Part shown: in pieces, positions 16,592 to 23,697 of the stretch | How the letters are laid out: every line of letters starts with the position of its first letter | Numbering within the stretch: the stretch's first letter is position 1 | Origin: a virus | Lineage: Duplodnaviria; Caudoviricetes | Virus record (IMG/VR): IMGVR_UViG_3300033067_001205 | Coordinates: 1 to 36,522 of that record | Length of the DNA: 36,522 nucleotides | Strand: one strand, 5' to 3' | Made by a program: the position numbers and the translations under genes | The notes under the pieces: model-generated | Database searches by the model: none | Seen by the model: only the letters and a program-made list of their open reading frames with translations | Told to the model about the DNA's origin: nothing

Positions 16592-18126
16592 CGTGGCCCA
16601 AGATTGAGCTAGTGCCTGTCTCAGACCTTCGTCCATCAACGTACAACCCCCGAGAGGCGGATCCACAGCGATTGGAGCTTGTCTCACTCAGTTTGCGTAA
16701 ACTCGGGTTCCTTCTCCCGATTTACGCCGACGCAAACGGCGAGTTGTTGTCGGGACATCAGCGACACTTCATCGCCACGCGACTCGGGTATGCCCGACTG
16801 CCGGTCGTTCGCCTGCCAGTTGTCGAAGATCTCAATTGCCGCAAGGCCTTGAACCTATTGTTCAACCGTGCGACGAATGACATGCTTCAGTCTGACACTT
16901 CGAAATCTCTGACGGAACAACTTCAACGTTATGCAGCAACTATTCAAGCGGCCGAGGAATGGCCGGATCTCGACCCGTTGTCGCCCGAGGCCGTACCGTG
17001 CACTGCGGCGTCCATGCAACCGATTGACCAATTCCTGACAGCTAACTCAGGCCGCTGGAATACCTACTTGTCGATGAACGCTGGGGCACTGCTCAACTGC
17101 GGGACGTTCATGCCAGTCGTCGCAACATCCGACAGAATTGTCGTGAACGGGCTAGGTCGGCTTCAGTGTGCGGCCGAAAAGCGAGAACAGTGCATTCAGG
17201 TTGTGACACTGCCAGGCGCTAAGAGTGCGTTAGCGAAAGCTATGCTCAACTGCCTGACGATGGACTTTGCGGTTCATACGCGGTATGCCGACCTACTTCG
17301 CCACAACTCATTTCGCCGAGCGTTTCACACCAAGAACGGACTCGGAATGGCGTTCATCCTGGGAGCATTTGGACTCAACACATCTTCCAAAGATGTGGAT
17401 ATCTCCGACCCCAAAACAGCCAGCAGATGGAAGCAAGAGTATGGCTCTACCGTATTAGACTTCGGGGCTGGGCACCTAGACGATACAAACCGACTACGGA
17501 AACTTGGAGTGTCGTGTATTCCGTTTGAGCCGTATCAGACCACAGGCGAGAATATCGATAAAGCCAAGAGTCGAGCAGACCTGCTAGTGTTTCTAAAGGC
17601 GGTCAGGGACGGAATAAAATTCGATTCAATCTTCCAGAACTCGATCATGAACTCCGTTCCGTTTATTCAAGACCGCAAACACATCGTGACGATTATTTCC
17701 GCCCTGTGCACTCAAAACACAAAAGCGTATGTCTGCGCGGCGTCTACTAATTATCGAGACTACCAAACCGTGCGAGGTAGCTTAAACGTAAGTGGAGAGA
17801 CGCTTCAGTTCCAGCTCGGATACGAAGATCACACGATTGTTAGCGAACTGCATAAGCAACCAAAGATCCAAAAGTATCACACCCCAGCCGAGTGGTACGA
17901 TCTCTGGGACACTGGTTTTGAACGCGTAAAGGCGGAGCTTGCCGAGCACGGCGGTTTGGTCTACGCCAGGTGTTCACGACCGCGAGCCGTCGATCCGGAA
18001 GCGCTGCGAAGGGCCATCGAGTTTGAATTTGACCTACCGTATCCAGATGCAAGTAGGATGGGCTTAGTTCGAGAGGCGTTAGACGCATTCTCTACCCGCT
18101 TGGGTATAGATATTTCCGCCTCGTAA
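16573..18126 (+). CDS. Double ParB-like domain fused to a class I SAM-dependent methyltransferase
   Basis: YNPR..LLSGHQR..FNRAT; a second ParB-like PVVA..VVNGLGRL; MTase motif I VLDFGAG, PFEPY, and FDSIFQNSIMNSVPF. Confidence 0.85.
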   Translation: MSSRFIAWPKIELVPVSDLRPSTYNPREADPQRLELVSLSLRKLGFLLPIYADANGELLSGHQRHFIATRLGYARLPVVRLPVVEDLNCRKALNLLFNRATNDMLQSDTSKSLTEQLQRYAATIQAAEEWPDLDPLSPEAVPCTAASMQPIDQFLTANSGRWNTYLSMNAGALLNCGTFMPVVATSDRIVVNGLGRLQCAAEKREQCIQVVTLPGAKSALAKAMLNCLTMDFAVHTRYADLLRHNSFRRAFHTKNGLGMAFILGAFGLNTSSKDVDISDPKTASRWKQEYGSTVLDFGAGHLDDTNRLRKLGVSCIPFEPYQTTGENIDKAKSRADLLVFLKAVRDGIKFDSIFQNSIMNSVPFIQDRKHIVTIISALCTQNTKAYVCAASTNYRDYQTVRGSLNVSGETLQFQLGYEDHTIVSELHKQPKIQKYHTPAEWYDLWDTGFERVKAELAEHGGLVYARCSRPRAVDPEALRRAIEFEFDLPYPDASRMGLVREALDAFSTRLGIDISAS

Positions 18127-18149
18127 TCACTCTCTAAGCACGACAACAC

Positions 18150-18192
18150 AAACCCGGTCGCCTTCTCAGGCTGCCGGGTTTTTCTTTTATTT
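18150..18192 (+). terminator. Intrinsic terminator
   Basis: AACCCGGTCGCCT-TCTC-AGGCTGCCGGGTT followed by TTTCTTTTATTT. Confidence 0.85.
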
Positions 18193-18226
18193 CAGCGCAA
18201 ATATCGGTTTTATTTTGATCTGAGAA

Positions 18227-18255
18227 TTGAAAATAGACGTATACAGTAGTATACT
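18227..18255 (+). promoter_or_regulatory. Near-consensus sigma70 promoter with an overlapping palindrome
   Basis: TTGAAA-17 nt-TATACT with AT-rich upstream sequence; GTATAC-N4-GTATAC at 18239-18254. Confidence 0.8.
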
Positions 18256-18315
18256 TAAGCATACACCCGCCAATGTGGCGAGGAGCTGAAAATAAAGCTG
18301 AAAGGATGGATCAGA

Positions 18316-18486
18316 ATGAACGACGCAACACTCGAAGGATTCCGTCGCATCCACGACGCAATGCAGATCGAAGCGACTGACTGGCAGTGGATTGGTCCGC
18401 ATATGAGTCAGAGGATGTTCGGAATTACTGAGTCGCGTGCAAAGGCCTATGCCCAGAAGCATGGCGGTGAAGCTAAGAAGATGTAG
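18316..18486 (+). CDS. Small hypothetical protein (56 aa; absent from the ORF track)
   Basis: AAAGGA RBS; MNDATLEGFRRIHDAMQIEATDWQWIGPHMSQRMFGITESRAKAYAQKHGGEAKKM. Confidence 0.7.
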   Translation: MNDATLEGFRRIHDAMQIEATDWQWIGPHMSQRMFGITESRAKAYAQKHGGEAKKM

Positions 18487-18542
18487 TCAGTCCTATCTAG
18501 GACTGGCGGGACGTCAGGGGTCTCTCAAAGGGTAGGTGTAAA

Positions 18543-18785
18543 ATGGCTCAGCTTCAACTCTTTCCCGTCACTTCCCGCATCTTTCGCGTTGCATTCAAAC
18601 ATCCATACTTCGGGTGGCTCGACCACGAATCGGAGTTTGAGTCCATCCAGGCTGCGATGGATTACCGCAACGTTAAAGGCGGCGGCGGATACCGGTATCG
18701 CATCACATCAAGTCTCCCTGACGGCAGTGATGCCCGGATTGAATACAAAGAGCAGCGGCCACGGAGTCGCGAGTTCGATCGGTAA
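18543..18785 (+). CDS. Small hypothetical protein (80 aa)
   Basis: AAAGGGTAGG RBS; within the promoter cassette. Confidence 0.7.
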   Translation: MAQLQLFPVTSRIFRVAFKHPYFGWLDHESEFESIQAAMDYRNVKGGGGYRYRITSSLPDGSDARIEYKEQRPRSREFDR

Positions 18786-18843
18786 GGCCCCACGTTGGGG
18801 TCTGTTCACTTAGTCACGTTTTTATTTTGAAGGGTAGTGCATC

Positions 18844-19830
18844 ATGGCTCACGAAATCGACATGTCTAACGGCCGCGCCAATATGTTCGCAGCAGGTGAA
18901 GCTCCGTGGCACAAGCTCGGTGCTCTTGTGTCCGAATGTCAAAAGTCGGATGAAGCGATTGATCTGGCGGGACTCAACTGGAGTGTAGATAAATGCCCGC
19001 TCCGTACGTTGGTCGCCTCAGGTGATAAAATGCTGTCGATCGAGGTTCCTGACAATTACGCGTGTGTTCGAGACGATACTCATGCAGTTTTGGGTGTCGT
19101 CGGGAGCCGATATCGCCCATACCAAAACCGAGAGGCGTTCGACTTCATGGATTCGATTGTTGGCGAAAAGCTCGCTATGTTCGAGTCAGCTGGATCTCTC
19201 CGCGGCGGAAAACATGTTTGGATGCTGGCTAAGCTGCCAAAGGATATTCGAGTCGCTGGAGACGATATTGTTAAACCGTACGTCTTGATATGCAATTCGC
19301 ACGACGGAACCTCCGGCTTGCGAATCATCCCGACAACGGTTCGCGTGGTTTGTATGAACACTCTGATGTTGGCACTGCGTCAAGCAGGATCAACCGATGG
19401 GCTAGTGATCAACCACACGCAAGCCCTCGACAGGAAGGTTGCAGATGCTCGCGAGAAGCTCCGCATTATTGGCAATCGAATGGGAGTATTCGAAATCCAA
19501 GCTCAGTCGATGGCCGCAAAGTCTCTCGGCACCAAGGAGTTGTCAGATTTTTTTGCTACCGTACTAACGGGGCAAACAGAAAAGTTCCAGAAGCGAGTTG
19601 GGGAACTCTGGATAGCGAACTACGACAACAGTCGGAACACCATGAAAGGCATGAAGCACTCAGTGTGGGCGGCCTACAATGCCGTTAGCGAATGGGCGGA
19701 CCATCAATTCCGAGTCAACGGTCGGACAGATCTGGAAAAAGCCGACAACAGAGTCACTTCGATGTGGTTCGGCACAGCGAACGATTTCAAGCAGGCGGCT
19801 TTTAAGGCTGCACTGGATCTGGTGTCGTAG
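18844..19830 (+). CDS. DUF932-family phage/plasmid protein
   Basis: MAHEI..PWHKLG..AGLNW.V..LGVVG.RY..QNREAFDF..ESAGSLRGG..NSHDG..VRVVCMNT..WAAYNAVSEW.DH. Confidence 0.92.
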   Translation: MAHEIDMSNGRANMFAAGEAPWHKLGALVSECQKSDEAIDLAGLNWSVDKCPLRTLVASGDKMLSIEVPDNYACVRDDTHAVLGVVGSRYRPYQNREAFDFMDSIVGEKLAMFESAGSLRGGKHVWMLAKLPKDIRVAGDDIVKPYVLICNSHDGTSGLRIIPTTVRVVCMNTLMLALRQAGSTDGLVINHTQALDRKVADAREKLRIIGNRMGVFEIQAQSMAAKSLGTKELSDFFATVLTGQTEKFQKRVGELWIANYDNSRNTMKGMKHSVWAAYNAVSEWADHQFRVNGRTDLEKADNRVTSMWFGTANDFKQAAFKAALDLVS

Positions 19831-19878
19831 AGCCTAGACTTTCTAGGGGTTTGCACTAGTAAACGCACGTTCAATAGG

Positions 19879-19884
19879 TATAAT
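19879..19884 (+). promoter_or_regulatory. Possible promoter -10 element
   Basis: Perfect TATAAT 7 nt before the GTG start at 19892 (leaderless-like geometry). No well-spaced -35: TTGCAC is 22 nt away. Confidence 0.4.
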
Positions 19885-19891
19885 TGAGCCT

Positions 19892-20380
19892 GTGAACGAA
19901 AAGGGGCGTCGATCGCTGGTAACGACCGACGCCCTGGAACCCTCTGGGGAGAGAGTATTGCGACGTCAAGATATCGTAGATCACTGGAAGAAGCAAGCCG
20001 AGATTAACGGTGTTGACTGGATTGACGTGTCCATGACATACCGCTGGCTGCGAATGCAGCAACGGGCTGAATTAGCACCGTTGATCAATCTCCGGAAGGC
20101 GATCTGGGCTCAGTTTCCAGGAACCGCCAAGCTGACTTACAAATACGCCTTTACCGAAGGTGACAGGACTCTCATTCCTCGATGGGATGAAGTTGCTACT
20201 GCAGTCTGTATGGAGTTCGGGATCAACCCGGACGACGCAGCCGAGTACATCTGGGATGTCGCCCGCAAGGACAAGCCTCAGCCGCCTAGCGTTGAAGAAA
20301 CCTACGCACAGGCAATCGACATCTGCCTGGAAGGCCAAGCGAGCTTTAATCCCGGTGAGTTTTCCGAGGCTTCGTTCTAA
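19892..20380 (+). CDS. Hypothetical protein (162 aa)
   Basis: GTG ORF on the + strand; ends with an acidic PGEFSEASF tail. Confidence 0.7.
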   Translation: MNEKGRRSLVTTDALEPSGERVLRRQDIVDHWKKQAEINGVDWIDVSMTYRWLRMQQRAELAPLINLRKAIWAQFPGTAKLTYKYAFTEGDRTLIPRWDEVATAVCMEFGINPDDAAEYIWDVARKDKPQPPSVEETYAQAIDICLEGQASFNPGEFSEASF

Positions 20381-20421
20381 AAACAACAATCTATTCGCCA
20401 CTAATGCCGAAAGACAGAGCA

Positions 20422-20886
20422 ATGATCATTCTACTAGACCTGAACTATACGCTTGTCGCAAATTCAAAAGATCTTCGCAGCAAGCCGGCTCACGTTAGAA
20501 AATCCACAGAACAGTACCGAACATGGCTGATAAGCCTGATCAAGTCCATGAATCCAGAGCACGTCTTTTTGGTTACAATTCGCCCCGAAAAAGATCGTGA
20601 CTGGACGTTGAAACGTATTCAGGAAGTTACTGGCTGGGCGCCTGATCGAGCATATTTCAGCACAATGGTGGACGCCAGGCCCGAGGTTTGGAAGCGACAC
20701 GTTTTGGAAGCTATGCTATTCCCGGAGTTCGGTGCCAATCCATGTAGATTTCTGCCTATCGAGTCTAATGAGGACACGCAGAAGATGTACGGTGAGTTTG
20801 GCATTGTCGGTCTAAAAGCATGGCCGGTAAACGAAGCCACGGAGTCAGAAGATGCCCCAACACCCCAACGAAGTCTCTTCTCCTGA
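20422..20886 (+). CDS. HAD-superfamily (PNKP-phosphatase-like) protein with variant motifs
   Basis: IILLDLNYTL (motif I, DxN), FLVTIRP (II), WK (III), IESN..TQKMY (IV). Confidence 0.75.
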   Translation: MIILLDLNYTLVANSKDLRSKPAHVRKSTEQYRTWLISLIKSMNPEHVFLVTIRPEKDRDWTLKRIQEVTGWAPDRAYFSTMVDARPEVWKRHVLEAMLFPEFGANPCRFLPIESNEDTQKMYGEFGIVGLKAWPVNEATESEDAPTPQRSLFS

Positions 20887-21601
20887 AATCAGCCTTGGTC
20901 ATTTCCCGTCATCGCCACGCTGGAGTTTCGACGCCAGCGTGGCTTCATGCTTTGATGATATGCTGGCCCGATCGATTCCGCAGTACGGTGTAATGCGACA
21001 GGCATGCTTCGACGTCGGGCAGCGTTTCGTTAAAGCTGGTACGGACATCGTTGATTTAGGCTGCTCGAAGGGAGCGGCACTGGCGCCTTTCGCAGAACGA
21101 TTCGCAACTTCCAATCGACTGATTGGCGTCGAGGTCTCTGAGCCCATGCGAATCAGTGCGATAGACAGATTCACCGCACTTGTGAATCAAGGCGCGTCAA
21201 TTCAAATCCTCAACACCGATCTTCGTCGGGAGTACCCAGCAGCAGCAGCTAGCCTCACCCTTGCTGTGCTGACGCTACAGTTCGTTCCGATCGAATACCG
21301 GCAATCTCTCGTGTCCCGCGCCTACGCATCGACCATTTCCGGGGGGGCAATGATCGTCGTTGAAAAACTGCTGGGGCAAGACGCGGAAATGAACGACGTG
21401 ATGGTCGACACGTACTATGAATTTAAGCGAGGATCAGGGTATACCCAGGAAGAGATCGACCGGAAGAGGTATTCGCTCGAAGGGGTGCTCGTTCCAGTCA
21501 CAGCAAAGTGGAACGAAGACCTGTTGCGGGCCGCTGGGTTCTCTCGTGTAGAGTGCTTTTGGCGGTGGATGAATTTTGGGGCATGGCTGGCGGTGAAATG
21601 A
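20852..21601 (+). CDS. cmoA: CmoA-like carboxy-S-adenosylmethionine synthase
   Basis: WSFD..VA..F.DM..RSIP.Y, DLGCS.G, TLQF, VEK, FKR..GY...EI..KR..LE.V, AGF and NFG are colinear with E. coli CmoA as recalled. Confidence 0.85.
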   Translation: MPQHPNEVSSPEISLGHFPSSPRWSFDASVASCFDDMLARSIPQYGVMRQACFDVGQRFVKAGTDIVDLGCSKGAALAPFAERFATSNRLIGVEVSEPMRISAIDRFTALVNQGASIQILNTDLRREYPAAAASLTLAVLTLQFVPIEYRQSLVSRAYASTISGGAMIVVEKLLGQDAEMNDVMVDTYYEFKRGSGYTQEEIDRKRYSLEGVLVPVTAKWNEDLLRAAGFSRVECFWRWMNFGAWLAVK

Positions 21602-22044
21602 GTAATCAAACCAAAGAGACCAGAGCTGAACTTACGCAACGTAAACTCAGGTCGGTTCGGACCATGGTTGACTCGCGAGCGAACGTCGCCGATATTAAAC
21701 GTGCCTTCGCAAAAATGTTCGGCTGTAGTCCACGTGCCGCCGAGCGATTCATTCAGCGAGTCTATGAGCAAATTCGGCAGGAATCTGGTAAGGCAACGAC
21801 CGACCATAAAGCCGAAGCGTATGCGTTCTATTCTGCGATCGTCGGGAATACTCAGAACTCCGTTCGGGATCGCGTCCTAGCGCAAAAGCAGCTCGACAAA
21901 ATCACTGGCATTGCCGCGCCGCTCAAAATGGCCAACACTGATGGCGAAGGGCGCGACGTCGCTGTTTCAACCATGTCTGTCGAGGCCGCTCAAGCCGTTA
22001 TTGAGGCGTTCCAGCAGGGGGCCAAGCCACCAGGCGGTCACTAG
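21598..22044 (+). CDS. Probable terminase small subunit
   Basis: HTH-like N-terminus and helical LDKITG; directly upstream of the large terminase; ATGA overlap with cmoA. Confidence 0.6.
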   Translation: MSNQTKETRAELTQRKLRSVRTMVDSRANVADIKRAFAKMFGCSPRAAERFIQRVYEQIRQESGKATTDHKAEAYAFYSAIVGNTQNSVRDRVLAQKQLDKITGIAAPLKMANTDGEGRDVAVSTMSVEAAQAVIEAFQQGAKPPGGH

Positions 22045-23637
22045 ATGCCGTGGTCAATCTCTGCGTCCCACCGACAATCGATTCTTGAGAGACTTCCAGC
22101 GCTTCCTGAGGTGGAGCAGGTCAAGCTGGCAATCGCGCTTCAGTCTTTGTGGTGTGAACCGCTTGATCAATGGGCAAATCGATTCTTGCCACATTACTTT
22201 ACTGACGCGCCGTCAAAGATGCACTTGGCGCTTTCAAAACTCCTCGATTCTTACGTCGAAACGCGTGGAAACAAGCATGCAATTATCGCTCCTCGAGGTG
22301 GCGCAAAGACCACTTGGGTGAGCAAGACGTTTCCGCTGCATGCGGTCTGCCACCGGACTGAGCGATACATCATCTTGGTTGGTGACACAACAGAGCAGGC
22401 ACAACAGAACCTTGAGGCAGTCAAAAACGAACTTGCAAACAATGACTTACTTGCAGCAGCGTACCCGAACGCATGCGGCGAGGGTCCCGTTTGGAATCAG
22501 GATCAAATCGTCACGCGAAACGGTGTGAAGGTTCAGGCTCTCGGTGCAGGCAAGGCGTTTCGGGGAAGATCGTTCCGTCAGTATCGACCAGGGCTCGTTG
22601 TTGTTGACGATCTTGACAGCGACGAAGCAGTTATGTCAGAGACTCAACGCGAAAAAATGTGGACGTGGTTCACAAAAGTGCTGATTCCAATCGGAACGAA
22701 GACGACAAACTTCTTGGTCGTTGGGACGGCACTGCATCGAGACGACACGATCCATCGACTCAAGAAAAATGGAGGGTGGCAGTTTCATCTCTTTCAAGGT
22801 CTTATTTCCGAACCGACGAACACTCAGCTTTGGGATCAGTGGAAACGTCTGTTATGCGACCTCAGTATGCCGCTTGGGATCAGGCGAAACAACGCGAGAG
22901 TCTTTTTCGAAGATCACAAGTTCGAAATGAATGTCGGCGCCGAAGTGCTTTGGCCCGAGCGAGAACCGTTATACGCATTGATGGAATACAGGGCGACGTA
23001 CGGTGAGCCAGCATTTCTATCTGAGTACCAAGGAGTTCCAACGGCATCACTAGCGGCTGAATGGCCTGAGGAATACTTCCCAGCAAATCAAGGATTTGAT
23101 CGTTGGCCAGAATTAAAAGCAAAAGTTATGGCACTTGATCCGTCAAAGGGAAAGACAGACACGAGCGACTATTCGGCATATGTTCTGGTCGGACTCGGAC
23201 ATGACGGACTACTCTACATTGACGCTAACTTAGAGCGACGAGATACGACCCGGATTGTTGAAGACGGATTGCTATTGGCATCCGCGTTTCAACCGCAGTT
23301 GTTCCTGGTGGAAATCAACCAGTTTCAGGAACTATTACAGGCCGAGTTCGACCGCCAGGCTCAGGACCATGGGATAATTCTACCGTTGGCTGGGGTGACG
23401 AACACTCTGAAGAAGGAAACACGAATTCGTACGCTTGGGCCGTATATTCGAAACGGAAAATTTCGATTCAAGAATGAAAGCAAAGGCGCAAAGTTGCTGG
23501 TCGAACAGCTTCGCGAATTCCCCTTCGCATCACACGATGATGGTCCCGACGCACTAGAGATGGCGATTAAAGGATTGCAACACATTTTAGGAACCGAAGG
23601 TGATTCGACAGCGGAAGAGGAAGCGTGGACTCCTTGA
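22045..23637 (+). CDS. terL: Terminase large subunit
   Basis: APRGGAKTT Walker A, VVVDDLD Walker B, VGT coupling motif, MALDPS and HDDGPDA nuclease motifs. Confidence 0.95.
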   Translation: MPWSISASHRQSILERLPALPEVEQVKLAIALQSLWCEPLDQWANRFLPHYFTDAPSKMHLALSKLLDSYVETRGNKHAIIAPRGGAKTTWVSKTFPLHAVCHRTERYIILVGDTTEQAQQNLEAVKNELANNDLLAAAYPNACGEGPVWNQDQIVTRNGVKVQALGAGKAFRGRSFRQYRPGLVVVDDLDSDEAVMSETQREKMWTWFTKVLIPIGTKTTNFLVVGTALHRDDTIHRLKKNGGWQFHLFQGLISEPTNTQLWDQWKRLLCDLSMPLGIRRNNARVFFEDHKFEMNVGAEVLWPEREPLYALMEYRATYGEPAFLSEYQGVPTASLAAEWPEEYFPANQGFDRWPELKAKVMALDPSKGKTDTSDYSAYVLVGLGHDGLLYIDANLERRDTTRIVEDGLLLASAFQPQLFLVEINQFQELLQAEFDRQAQDHGIILPLAGVTNTLKKETRIRTLGPYIRNGKFRFKNESKGAKLLVEQLREFPFASHDDGPDALEMAIKGLQHILGTEGDSTAEEEAWTP

Positions 23638-23697
23638 ACACGTTTGTAATTCGGAAATCGGCAGTGTCACTCGGTGTGTAGTTTTAAGGGAAAAATT

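Noticed and set aside
15384-18126. Plasmid-prophage partition system
   Set aside because: No ParA ATPase or recognisable parS, and no typical ParB central HTH; the context is MTase plus terminase.
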